64,000 nt of DNA from Chara braunii (GCA_003427395.1 BFEA01000017.1:3906391-3970390); one strand, 5' to 3'. Counted from the first letter of the stretch, positions 27,060-40,030 are shown. The notes: generated by a model from the letters alone, not told the origin. Made by a program: numbers and translations.

Positions 27060-29410
27060 AATGGGCGTGGGCTGTGGGCTGGGTGTGGTGGGCTGTAGGC
27101 TGCGGGCTGTGGGTTGTGGGCTGGGTTCAGAGAGATGTGGGGTGGGGTGCAGTACTATGTGGACTGGGTACGACACTGTGCGGACTGTATAGCACTATGT
27201 GGGCTGCTGCATGGGCTGGGTGCAGTATGCACCGGCTAGGTGGCAATGTGTGGAGAGGGTGTTGTATTGTGTGGGCTGTGTGTGTAGTATATGAGCTGGG
27301 CGTGATTCTGTGTGGGTTGAATATGGTACTAAGTGGGTTGGATATGGTACTGTGTTATGATCCTGGCCAATTTCGAAGTACAAAATTCATGAGAAAGCAC
27401 ACTGCCGTCCAATTGCAAAAGAAATGAGTGAGCTTCGGAGGAGAGCGAGGCAAAGAGGAAGAAGAAGAAAGAAAGATGGAAGAAAGAAGAAGAAGAAGGT
27501 GTACACCAGCAAAGACCAATGATAATTTCCTTTTTCTCGCCAACCACTCTCCTCCTCCTCATATCACCCTCTTATTTCACAATAAATAATAATAATAATG
27601 TTGAATGGCTGAACCAGAATCAATGTCCGGGTCCCTCTTCTACTGCTTGGCATAACATGAGGTCCTTCATAGCCATGGCCGCCTCCTTTCTCTTCGTGAA
27701 GGCCTTGCCCGCTGTGCAAAAGACAACTCAAAGCAGCTATGGCTGCTCCTGCTCGGGCGGCCATGCCTGACTCTGCCTCGAAGCTTCTTGATGTAGCTCT
27801 ACCCCAATGGGGCCTGCCAGATGCAGCGCCCACCAGGGTGATGAAGATGGCATCCACCATAGCCAGGCAAGTACCTCTGGTGCTCCCCATTCCTAGTCCT
27901 CGTCTTCGTCCTCCTCCAGCCCGGGCTCCTCCACCATAGCCAAGGTGGGGAACTGGGCGCTCCTGCTTCCCCAGCAGCGCTGCTTCACCCAGCGCTGCTC
28001 AAGCCAGCGCTCCAGCAGTGTGTTGCCAAACTTGCACCCGCAGAATGAGGAGGAGCACTTTGCTCCTTCTGGAGATATAGCGGCCCGCGTGCCTCTTGGG
28101 CGGTGACTTCCAGGCTGGGTGGCCTCCAAGCAACCGGTACCGCCTCCCTTTCGGAGGGAAACGTCGTTGTAGACTCTGATGTTGCCCGTACAGGCCTTAG
28201 ACTCAGACTACTAGGACTGGTACCTGCCTAGACCTAGCGTACAACTACTGGGCCTCTAAAAATGCCAACTTTTGTTTTCTTCTGCTCGGCCACGAGTACC
28301 CGACACACCTACTTGGTGTGGTAGTGGCCTACCTGCTACTTGAGTGTTTTTCCACTGCTCTGAGTGTCGTGGGCGTCTTTTCCTGCCACTTGAGTGTTTC
28401 CTCTGCTGCAACCCTCAATGTCACGGCCACAGGCAAGTACCGGCCGGCCCTCCGGGCGGCCCGAACGAACGAGTACCCTTGCAGAGTCGCACGTACTCAA
28501 ACCGTCAAGCACTCAGACAGGCACGCAGAACAGCAAGCACGCACATACACAGACTTAGAAAACTCAGCAACAAGCGGGAAACTGAGCAAGGCATACATTC
28601 TTCCATTGGCAAAACTCAGAAATCAGCTGTGTGTCTCAGTCTGTGTTTGGCAGGTCCTTACAACTGTGTCGGCTGAGTGTGGTATTATGTGGGCTGGGTG
28701 TGATACTAGGTGAGTTGGGTGCAGTTGTCTGTGGGCTTGGTGCAGTAGTACTATGGCGCCTGTGAGTGGGAATTTGTGATGTGGGTGTGTTATTGTGTTG
28801 GCTGGGTGTGGGGAAATTTTGAATTTGGTGTACTCTAATGTTTGCTGGGTGTGGAAATCTGTGATGTGGGTGTGGGTTGGTTGTGTTACTCTGTGATGTG
28901 GATGCGAGTTCGTTGTGGCACTATGTGAGGTGGGTGCAGTGGCCTGTTGGCTCGGTGCAGCACTATGTGGCTTGGTGTGGTACCATGCGGGGTTGGTGCA
29001 GTACTATGTGGGTTTTCTGCAGTAGTTCGTGGGCTGGGTGTGGGCTGGGTGTGGTATTATCTGTGCTAGGTGTGGGCTGGGTGTAGGCTTGACGTGGTAT
29101 GGGGTGGGTGTGGTAGTATGTAGGGTGGGTGCAGATCTTCGTGGTTTGGTGGAACCCTATGTGGGCCAGGTGTGGTACCTTCTTGGCTGGGTGGTAGAGT
29201 GTTAGCTGTTTCTAATACTATGTTGGCTGGGTGTGGTACTGTGTGTGTTAGGTGCGGCAATATGGAGGCTGGGTGCAGTACTAGGTAGTCCGGATGTCGT
29301 GCTGGGCGTGACAGATGTGGCAGTATGTGGGCTAGGTGTGGTAGTATGTGGATTGGGTGTGTTACTATGTGTGGTGGGCATGGTACTTTGTGTGTTGGGT
29401 GTTGTACTAA
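27060..29410. repeat. Degenerate ~21-bp GT-rich minisatellite (gtactatgtgggctgggtg..) split by a ~1.3-kb unrelated block (27355-28670)
   Basis: Units at 27060-27355 and 28670-29410. The same repeat occurs in reverse orientation at ~45560-46320. Confidence 0.7.
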
Positions 29411-30029
29411 GTGTAAATAAAGGCAAATATCGAGAGAATGAGGGGCAGGCAGGTCTAGAAGTTGAAAACGAACGAGTGGAGCTTTGTCTGTGCAGTGGCA
29501 GTATGGGTCCATGGAATGACCAGACACTTTTCTCCTCTCAAATGTAGAAAGGAAAAAGTTGATCTCAGAAGTGACCTTGTTTATGGCGGTCAAACGAGCA
29601 TAGTTTAGTGGTTCCACAAAAGTGAAACCATGAGCCTGGCGGGACCGTGAGGGCCTCTACTCTCCCCCTTGTTCTTTTTTTTTCAAGCAAGAAGTATCCT
29701 TCTCAACTCCTTGGGTTATGCCTTAATCCCGTGATCTCTTCCTTGGCTGCTCTGCTCTGCTAGGTGTGTGGGAACCGTTTTGTGATGTCATGCTTCCACA
29801 ATCTCTTTCTTTTTTGAAATGTGGTTCTGTTGTTGTCATATGACCATCTTCTATTGCTGGGCCGCTCTGCTCTGCCCTGCCAGATGTGCAGAAAACCTTC
29901 CTGTGTTGGCACTACTTTCTTTGGGATCATAATTCTGCACGGTTTGCTCCTGGTTTTGCAGATTCGTGACATCAGCTTCTTAAAAAAAAATAATAATAAT
30001 AAAAAATACTGCCCTATATTCTTCTCTCA

Positions 30030-30346
30030 ATATATCTCCCACTACCTAGCTATGTATACCGGGCATGAAGTTAAGTCAGAAGTCTTTGATGTCCCACGTT
30101 TAGGGCTAAAGCTACGTGCTGGTTATGGGTTGCTCCTATCCCCTCAGGGTTGAACCTAACCCCTGGCAACAAAGGGATAGGACCAGATCCCCGAACAATG
30201 AACCCGTGGGGAGAGGGGGCAAGCTGACTATTTCAGCTGGTGACCCTGCAGCTTGCCGCAGGAGGCCATGGGGATTCAACTGGATGATGTGGGGATTCAA
30301 ACCCATGACCTCCTGAATGCAGCTTTCATGCTCTACCAACTGAGCT
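30030..30346 (-). mobile_element. tRNA-derived SINE, family 1
   Basis: Reverse complement of 30281-30346 is agctcagttggtagagc...gggtttgaatccccacatcatcca (A box, B box, ends in CCA). Body shared with the copies at 40871 and 42891. Confidence 0.8.
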
Positions 30347-30677
30347 GGGCTGATGGGCCCGTGACATCAGGTTCTTACTTGCAACATAATGACGCAAACT
30401 ACTTACTTCAGAGATCAAACATGTTATTTCAGAGATCAAACATGTTATTGGTTTTCAAAAGCCTCCAACATGCCCCCAGCCGCTTCTCAGACATGGGCGA
30501 TATGTCTTTGTAAACTGGAGCCCCGATGTGTGGCAAAAAAAAGCCTCCAACATTCAACCTGCCACTTTTCAGACAATCATCCATTCTCTAATTGTAACAT
30601 TGCTGTTCTGCGTCCCTTACAATCATTCGTGCCGACTGGCTGAATGTTGTACGGTTATCTCCTCATAGTATACTCTC

Positions 30678-30713
<36 letters not shown>

Positions 30714-30938
30714 CACACAAACACACACGGTCATGCTTTTTTTGTGGAGCTGTGATTAGTGAACATGACAACACAGACACACAAGTTTCAGACTTACTGC
30801 AATTTTTGTCAGGGGTTTGGACCAGCACTCTGCGAGGATTGCAGGGTTTTTGTGAGTAAAATCAACCGCTTTTCTCAGGCGTAATGCTAACTCCAGGTGA
30901 CAAGGTGAGTCCTTATCCACCAGTCAAATGCATCTTGG

Positions 30939-30991
30939 GACTGTCGGGGTTCAACCTCCTGATGAGTCGGTGAAAGTCCGACGAAACAGTC
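30939..30991 (+). ncRNA. Type III hammerhead ribozyme, intact catalytic core
   Basis: Stem III gactgt/acagtc; GUC cleavage triplet 30943-30945; stem I ggggt-tca-acctc; CTGATGA 30959-30965; stem II gtcgg-tgaaagt-ccgac; GAAA 30983-30986. Confidence 0.88.
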
Positions 30992-31050
30992 TGGTGCAGT
31001 GATGATTTGTTGTGGTGTTGTCTTTAGTCAACATGACAGCACATCTTGGG

Positions 31051-31109
31051 CAGACTGTCGGGGTTCAACCTCCTGACGAGAGTCGGTGAAAGTTCAATGG
31101 AATAGTCTG
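31051..31109 (+). ncRNA. Hammerhead ribozyme copy 2, degenerate
   Basis: cagactGTC ggggttcaacctc CTGACGA (ga insertion) gtcggtgaaagttcaat GGAA tagtctg; stem II and GAAA damaged. Confidence 0.7.
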
Positions 31110-31172
31110 GCACAGTCATGCTTCCTCTTGTGGAGTTGTGTATAGCGAGGTGGGGAGGGAGAGATACTTGGG

Positions 31173-31229
31173 CATACTGTCGGGGTTCAACCTTTTGATG
31201 AGTCGGTAAAAGTCCGATGAAACAGGCTG
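31173..31229 (+). ncRNA. Hammerhead ribozyme copy 3 (C3->U variant)
   Basis: actGTC ggggttcaacctt TTGATGA gtcgg-taaaagt-ccgat GAAA cag. Confidence 0.72.
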
Positions 31230-31256
31230 TCACAGTTATGCTTCCTCTTGTGGAGT

Positions 31257-31296
<40 letters not shown>

Positions 31297-31319
31297 TCCT
31301 GCTTTTATCAACACATACT

Positions 31320-34030
31320 ACTAAAGGTTAGTCGCCCTCGCCGTGACACTTAGTGTTTCGATGCGGGGCTCGGGTTCGTTGTTTGTTTAGAGTTCGGAAT
31401 GGCGAGTTCGGCGTCCTCTGAGGTTCGCTTAGTGTTTGATGCGGGCCTATTGGTGTGGGGGTGTTCTTTGTCTAGATTCAGCCGCCCCTGTGGGTCCTTC
31501 CGTTGGCCTGCATTTGGTCTCGTTTTGGGCCTGGTGCATCCGATGTGTTTTCTGGTGAGCCGCTTTTGTTTGTCATGGCGCGGTGTCTGCCCTTGCTCGA
31601 GCTTGGAGATCTGGAAAACAAAAAGTTGCAAAAGTTGACGGCTGGTCCGGCGGTTTTAACTGGTCGTCTTCCCGGTGAAGGTGCGTCTTCTTTGCGGTGC
31701 TCGCCATCCGCCAAAATCGTGAATGAATCTGGATATACAAACTGCCACGATGCATGCTCGCTGTTGGCGGATGGCGAGTACAGCTAGGCTCTTGCTTGCT
31801 TTGTTTGCTTGGTGGTGAACTGTCAGGGCGTTAGCATTTGTGTTGTCCGGTGTTTTCCTGACGGCGGGATTGTGATGATGACTTCCGGAAGGGCTTGCAT
31901 CGGGCCCTCTTGACCTGCCCGCCGTGGGTTGGGGTGATTGTGGGCCTTGCTTCCCTGCATAACATTGTGCACGCATTTGGACTCTTTGTGGGGCTGTTGC
32001 GTCGGACCTGTCACGCGATGTATCTGGCTCATCTTCTGTGCCGGTGGCCGGTTACTGTCCTCTTCGTTGCTTGGGTTGGAATCAAATTCCCGATGACCGA
32101 AGTTTTGCGGTGACTACGGTAACTGTCAGCCCTACACAACCAACTCCACAGATGACAGCGCTTAGGGCTGCGCTGACCCGTCGTTATGCAGGGAGTATAC
32201 TGCTGCCTTGGCTAAGAATTCAGATGCTCAACTGACAGTTGCGATACCTCTGCTTCGAACAAGTGTATCAATAGCCTGCTAGGCAGCTCCAGTGGATTCA
32301 CCGGAATCCTTGCTCGCACAAACGTTGCCTCTGGTAACTGGGTCAGACAACAATCCAACGGTTCAACTCGTTACCGGCATCTGTTCGGCTCGCGATTCGG
32401 TGGATCATTGTCGCCGTGAGTCTCTGGTCAGGATCTCCTTCCATATCGCCCCAGTGTCGAATGCTTTGTGATCATTACATCGTTCTACGCGGTGCTTTTT
32501 GTTGGGACTGGTCGACCAAAAATCTATTGTGGTTCTTCGACTGAGGTTGGCTTCTGTGTCAGTCGTCTTTTCGAAACTTTTATGGTTCCTCGTGCTCTCA
32601 TTGGACTTTTGTAAGGAGGCATCCTGTGTACGTATTTTGGGATCACATTGCTGCGTTGCAACAGTTGGTCGCCTTTCCTAATTTCTCGCATTCGGCATGT
32701 ATCGTTTTTTCAGTGTGTAACTCACGCGTGTCATTTGCCATGCCTGTCCATCTATGTCAGCAAGTTCTTCCCACGTCACGGTGACCTGAATAACCATTGC
32801 TCTTGCCTCACTTCGTACATATAAACGACTTGTACAAGCTTCTCCAAATTACACCGTTTACAAATGGGTGTGGAACTTCCCGATCTATACACACGGGTGT
32901 CACATCAGATCACCATGCCATGTCGAATGCCTCTCTTGTGTGTTTTCGCCTCATCGTCACTGCTTTTCCTTTGTTATGAGGTATTTTTGACAGCTCTCCG
33001 TGGGATGTCCATCTCATGTGTTTCCTTTGTTATGAGCTGTGTTTGACATCTCGCTTTGCATCATGTGTTTTCGCCTCATTTGCCACTTGGACACACTAAA
33101 ATGCTCTGGATATCCATCTGCATTTTCGTGAAACTGGCAATGCAACTTCTGTCTCCTCAACTTGCCCTCGCACCCTTTCTTCAACTCTCCCAATATTCCC
33201 ACTTCCAAAACCAGTGTGTCTACCCTCGACAACCAAGCCATCATTTCTACCTTGCCTTACTTTTGCCGTATTCCTCAGTGTCTGCCCTCCGCCATAGAAC
33301 CAATGACTTCTATATATATGTAAATGATTTATGTATACATAAACAAACATACGTACAGAGAGTCAGAGAGAGGGAGAGAGGGAGACAACAGACTGTTAAT
33401 ACCTCCCTTCTCAGATCCAATTCGATGCAAACACTTTTCTGAGTACTGCTTTCCTGCTATGCGTTTTTCAACTTCATTTTTTGATTAAATTCACAGCTCG
33501 CACTTTAATCGATTGACAATTGACAGGCTGCCACTATTTAAACCTCCTTCTCACCCTCCAATTGTTACAAACCATCATGTCCTCCATGTACGCCTCAAGA
33601 CACGTCCATACAACTTCCTCTCCTGCTGGGAAGGTTTTCACCTTCCGCAAATTCGCATGTTACTTCCACCCTTGAAAAACAAATGCTTCCGTATGTTTGA
33701 CAAAGGTCCCCTGTGTTCCTGGACTGCCTTACTCTTACGCATCTTTCTATTTCCAGCTGTTTTCCCTGTACACTGCACTCCATGCACCTGTTCCTCGCGA
33801 CTCTTTTCTGGTACTCGAAACATATTCCTGTCGCCAAAGATACTGATGTTTCTCTTCCCCAACCCTTTGAGCCGCTGGCAGGCCAATCACTCTTAACAGT
33901 ACAAGATAGAAAATAGGGTTGGTGGTGTAACAACTCGTCGACCGATGGTCTAACAGAACAAAATCATACTGCATTTTCTGGCACGGTCAATTCGATGATG
34001 ATACCCCACCGCTGCTTCCCTTGATAATAT
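31320..34030 (-). mobile_element. Possible heavily decayed LINE (L1-like) 3' remnant
   Basis: Only a weak motif: KMQYDFV...YLVLLRVIGLPAAQ(xG) resembles the post-RT LVxWxxIxLPxxxGGLG segment. No RT core recognised; boundaries approximate. Confidence 0.25.
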
Positions 34031-34559
34031 TGGGGGGAGAAAAAAAAAACGCCCGTGCACTGGGGCCTGAGCGGTGGAGTCAGGGCATACTCAGCTGAGC
34101 AATTTGCTGGGCCCTTCTCCCCTCTATTACAGACCAGCCTGGATCGAGGTGACTTCGATTGCGTCCGCAGCTAACTTGAAAAGTCCCATGACGACTCCGC
34201 AGCTAACTTATCAAGTCCCATGACGTTTGCCTTTTTCTTTAAGGCCCGAGCTGGATGCGCCTGTCCGGATTTACGACCGTAAGTGTGGCCCTTTCTGCAT
34301 GACTCACCAAAAATGTGAAATCGAAATGAATCTTCCACTACAAGGTCCGAAGATGCACTGCCGTATCTTTCTTCTTCTGTGAATTTGGTGAGTGGTGTGT
34401 TGAGGCTTGTGCCCGGCAGAAACAAATGGGAAAATTCAGCCCCTGGATCGCCAGTGGCCCTGTTTCTCTTGGTGAGTCATGATCAATGTTGTTTTTCTCA
34501 CTGTGGACATGTCTGACCTTATGCTACTGTCTATTCCACCCTCAGCTTCTCACGACCCT

Positions 34560-34920
34560 CTTCTCTACGGGATGCTACTCTTGTCGAGTTCCAACTCAAC
34601 GCTACACTATTCTGTACTCTATAACCTGCAGTACTCTCTACTCTACACCAAACTGTACTCTACTCTGCTCTCTACCCTCTACTACTGTCAACTCTTTTCT
34701 TTGCTGTCTGCTCTCTACTGCTATGTACACTGTGTCTACACTTAACGCTGTCTACTCCGATCTACCCTACTCTCTACTCTCTACTCTCTATGTCACTCTA
34801 TTGTACTCTACTCTATATTCCACTCTACTCTCTGCTGAGTCTACTCTTCTCTCGATGCACTGTAATCTCTACTCTAAGCTACTCTCTATTGTCAGCTACT
34901 CGCAGCTCTCATACCTACTG
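34560..34920. repeat. Degenerate (CTCTA)n repeat
   Basis: ctctactctctactctctac-like units. Confidence 0.85.
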
Positions 34921-35059
34921 AATGGAACCCTTTCTGTGGCGGGCGGAGCTGCGCTGGCTAATCTTGTAGTTGCTGTTTCTATAATGACTCTCTCTTCCTG
35001 TGACCGAAGAGGCATATAATAGCTTCCTCTTCCTGTGTCCGAAGAGGCACACACCGACT

Positions 35060-35123
<64 letters not shown>

Positions 35124-35211
35124 ATAGCATGTACATGAGATAACAAGGAAAGTCCTAGTGTGAGAATGACGTTAGCACATACAAGGCGTATTAAGATTTT
35201 GACAGCTATGA

Positions 35212-35388
<177 letters not shown>

Positions 35389-36786
35389 TGATTTTTGTGG
35401 TCTTGTCAATGGGAGTGTTATGGGACAGCCCGGAAACGTGCAGCTTTTGTGCGAGGCCTTGTTTCTTCCCTGAGTTGCTCGAGGTAGTGGGCGTAGGTTG
35501 CTGTAGTACATGAAAGGTGGAAAATGACAGAAAACTGGTTGGTGATATCTTCGTGCACTTATAAGAAGCTGCTCCAATGGTCATCCATTATTGATGGAGA
35601 CCCCCCTGTTTATTCTTGTTCTTAAAGCACGTGAGGGTCCCTCATTTCTGGGCGAGGCGAACTGTGAGGATGAAGTCTGTTCTGCCACCATCTCCGCTCA
35701 CCTGTCATTCTGTGCATATTTGGTTGGATCTGCTATGAAACAAGTAGTAACCCAGATCTGGTGCATCAGCTTACACCAAAAGCATCACATTCCTACTTTC
35801 TTGCAAAATGATGGGTGAAATGCACACTAGCAATAGTTTGGCACCTGATCGTGTTTCCATGGTGATGACATCTCAGCATGTTATCGGATTAATGCATGTG
35901 GGGAGAGGGACTGAGGTGGGAGGTGGAGGTTTCTTTTCACATATTTGAAGGACTCACTGCCTTTTACTTGTACGGGTGAAGTAACTTGACAGCCCGTGGC
36001 ATTTGCAATGTGAAAGGGTTTCTGGTTGTCGTCATGGTGCTCATGGAAAAGATACATATGAATGTAAGGGCTGTGGAGGTTTTCACGGCGTGCCAACTTG
36101 ATTGATGGTGCGAGCAAGGGTCGGCAAGAGTGGAGAAGTGTGAGCATGTAGAATCACACTTGGGAGGGTAGGCAGAGCGGGTTATGACGCCGAACCTCTG
36201 GTGAGAGGTCAGATTCAACTCTTAGCGCTTATTTGCTCTATTGCTGAACTAGTTGCCATTCTAGAAGAGTCGTGGTTGCTCTCAAAAGATGTAGTCTCCA
36301 GGGCCGTACTCAGATAAGGACTTGAGCTCTTCTTGGACTGAGCTCGGTGTGATCCATTTCAGAAAGTCCTGTAGTACGAGAATGGGCTGTGTGTAAGCGA
36401 CTGCGACAGCATCGTAGTATGTGTGGTTGGCACCTCTAGAGAAAGAGTTTATGTCATGCTGAAGGTGGCCAATGGGAACAGCACCCCTATTAGGATAAGC
36501 CTGCTAAAGATGTAGATCAAGTCGCAAGCTTTGCATGTGAGGTGGTTGTGGTTTCAAGTGATGTTGTGACGAGGACTTCGAATATGTCAACCTCTTCGCA
36601 ACCGCATCCGTTGCCTCCCTAAGCTGGTTGAGAGAAGAGATGCTCTGCCAAATAAAAACAGGTTCCTCTGGTGGTCATGGAAAAGTTGGTTCATGCTGCA
36701 CTGTTTTGGAAAAGCGTATTCTTATGCATGCTATCTGCACCTCCAAGAGAGTCTTGGAGAGAGAGAGAAAGATGTGTGTGTGTGTG

Positions 36787-36876
<90 letters not shown>

Positions 36877-37902
36877 NNNNNNNNNNNNNNNNNNNNNNNN
36901 NNNNNNNNNNNNNNNNNNNNNNNNNNNNNNNNNNNNNNNNNGTCGGAGAGGTCTGTGCTTTTCATGTTGAAACTGACTGTACATATATGGAGCGGGTCGG
37001 AGAGGTCTGTGCTTTTCATGTTGAAACTGACTGTACGTATATCAGATTAACTTGCAGATTATAGTGCGGAGCAGTGGAACCCATGTATTGGTTTTCCTGT
37101 GTCATTTGATTGTGTTGGATGTTGCAGACAGGCGTTGTGTCTACGCTGTTTTTCTTGAGGGAATATTTGACAGTTGGTATGAGCTTCGTTACGCAAAATG
37201 AGATCACAAACTATTACTCCCGTCTTTTCTATGTAGTCGATGTCTCTCTTCTGGTCTAATATGCATCCGAACGGTGGAGGAGTGACAACTGTTTCTACCG
37301 TTGTTTTGTGAAAATGGGATGTAAAGAAATTAAACTGTATCGCATCTCTCAAGATATGGCTATCATGCTGGGAGGCTTTCAGAAAATAGCGTAGACAGTG
37401 GTTCCTTCAAAGGTTCTCGCTTTGGCGGCCCTGCTTCGTGAGCCCATTTCTGATTCTTCTGAACCCTTTTCTTCTGGTTATGCTTCCCCTTTTTGTTCCT
37501 TTTCTGTATGTTTCCTGGTCTTCTTTGCTCTGTTTTTTCTCCTGCGGATACCGTCACACTCTCTCCTTGCGAAATCCCTTTTCAATCCTTGCGTGCTCTC
37601 TTTTGATGTGGCACTGTTGCTTTCGTAATGTAGTACACTGCCTGGATTGTGGTGGACCTGGCCGACCTATCATCATGGTTAACATGACATGGGCGGAAAG
37701 AACAGAATCAAGCTGATTTGATCCTGGTGGTGGAAGTTGCGGGGCTTGATAAGGGATGGTGGTGGTACTTTCAGCGAGGTATATAGGAGCGGATTGCTGT
37801 ATCAGTGCTGTAAGCTGTGATTTGAGGTTTCAATTCATGTTGCAGTGGTGAAACACAGGTGGATTTACAATCCCTTTGCGATCCCGGCTTATTATGTCAC
37901 AG

Positions 37903-38088
37903 GGTGGCATTTACACTCTACCGGCACATCTCTCACAGGGGGCAAAGGATTTGATTCCAAAGATGTTGGTTGTTGACCCCATGAAACGTGCAACAATAGC
38001 CGACATACGACAACACCCGTGGTTTCAAGCTCATCTACCACGGTATCTTGCAGTTCCAGCACCAGATGCTGCACAGCAGGCCCAGAAG
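37903..38088 (+). CDS. SnRK1: SnRK1 alpha exon 5 (end of kinase domain)
   Basis: CACAG|GGIYTLPAHLSQGAKDLIPKMLVVDPMKRATIADIRQHPWFQAHLPRYLAVPAPDAAQQAQK|GTATGT. Confidence 0.96.
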
Positions 38089-38591
38089 GTATGTGGTTGA
38101 TCTCCACTGGACAACAGAATTTGTGGCTTTCCCCCCAAGCATGTGTGTAATGCCCTTCAGTTTTATTGTGCTGGTGTGCAAATGTAGTGGTTTGTTTCTC
38201 TATAATGGTTGTGTGTGCAAGAAGAGAGGAACCGTGTGGGGAATCCTACGGAATGCGGTCCTCACAAATGTTGAAAACAGTTTGCTCTGGTCGGTTGCAA
38301 AGCTGCAATGTGTTTCAAAGTCTCTCTGGTTATGACCCAGCGATGCCAAATAAGCACAGAAAAGTGGGCAGTTGTCCCTGTTTGCAAGCAACACAGGTCG
38401 AATTGAGTCTAGGGAAATGGGTAGATGCTGCTGTCTTCTCCATGATGGAATGCCCGAGCGTCATGGGCATATCGAAGCCTAGTAGTCATGGCACCCTGTC
38501 ATTCCATTCATCAAAGATGCTACTGGCTTCCTCTGGTGGTGTCCCTCCTCCCATATGATCCTTGGCCACTGCTAGATGGATGTGCGGAAAC

Positions 38592-39235
38592 TACCGTCTT
38601 CACCCGAAAATAACACGCCCGGGCGCTGTAAACGAATATAACGCCCGGAGGGCATTATATTCGTTTACGACGCCCGGGCATTATATTCGGTAAATCGGTG
38701 GCAACTTCGGTGGGGCCCCAAAATTTTGAAAAAAAAAAGATGAAATAAAAAAGTTCTGTAAAAAAAGTATGTTGTCCAGAATTGCTATGCAACCAACTTT
38801 TGGCTGAGGGTCACTTCAGAATTCCTCATAAATTCGGAAAAAAAAAAGAAAAAAAATCTGCAAGGAGGGTACACTCTTACCACCACCCTTTCAGCCCACA
38901 CGTGTTGTTTCAAAACAATAAAAGAAGGCAAAAAGTCAAACCAAATCATACCCCTTGGAAGTCAAAACCCCCTTCAACCCCCTTTAAAACCCATGTATAC
39001 TCCCCCTCCCCCCTTTAAAACCCATGTATACTGCCTTTTCAAGGCACTCTGCCCATGACATATTCGAATATAACGCCCGGGCATTATGTTCGAATATAAC
39101 ACCCGGGCTGTTGTATTTGAATATAACAGCTGGCCCTTATATTTGAAGGGGCGTTCTATTCGAAAAACTATGATTTATTTTTTCAAGGGTAAGTTGAATA
39201 TAACGCCCCGGTGTTATTTTCTGGTGAAGATGGTA
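38592..39235. mobile_element. Long (~640 bp) non-autonomous member of MITE family A with subterminal repeats
   Basis: TA|ccgtcttcacccgaaaataacac ... gtgttattttctggtgaagatgg|TA; multiple gaatataacgcccggg / cccgggcattatattcg motifs near both ends. Confidence 0.85.
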
Positions 39236-40030
39236 GGCCTGGTGTATGGTTCCGCACCCAGTCTGTCTCTCAGTCTAGTAACCTCAGAGCTTGAGAAATT
39301 ACGAAGAGATGGACTCTCCTCCCTCTTATGTTCGGACCTCCAGGCTATGTTAGTCTCCTTGCGAATGAGGCAATACGTACATTGGAGTGATCTTGTGACC
39401 TACCTAACGTGGTGGTGATAGGACTGGTATTTACAGCCAGGAGAGACAACATAGGTTGCTACGGTGCCTGGGCAGAAAGCTCACTCGGGGCATTTTCATT
39501 CTGACGTCTTAGACCACCAATGCATGTGGTCGAGCTACCAGTGCAGGGGGGCCCCAGTCATCGGTTGGTTCTGTCTAATGGCCAATTGCTTCAGCTCAGG
39601 GGTGCGATCACTTTCGGAGTGTTACTGAAAAGGAATAATTGGTAAACAAGTTAAAACAACAGTAGGGAAGAGTCGTGGAAAGTTGCGAGTGTGGCACACA
39701 TTTTTTTGGATTTAAACTTCAAAGGGATATCCAATGGTAAGAGTGTAAAACAGGACTGCTTCGAATTCCAGATAGTATCATATTCGACAATGTCGTCTGG
39801 CCAGCAGGTCCAGCATATCCAACCCCTCTATTGCCATGCACAGAGTCTTGCGCTTTGTCTGATAGACTTGTGTCGGCAAGGCTTTTTTTAAATTCTGTTT
39901 GTGAATTGCTTGCAGAGATTTCTGCGAAGAACCTTTGCAGGATCGTGTTCGCTGCGAATGGTTGACATGGTGGTATTTGGATTGCAGACTTTGCTACTGA
40001 GTACTTCCTGCAGGTGTTCCACACACCTGC

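Noticed and set aside
30281-30346. tRNA gene
   Set aside because: No complete acceptor stem or regular anticodon arm; joined to a repeated SINE body.
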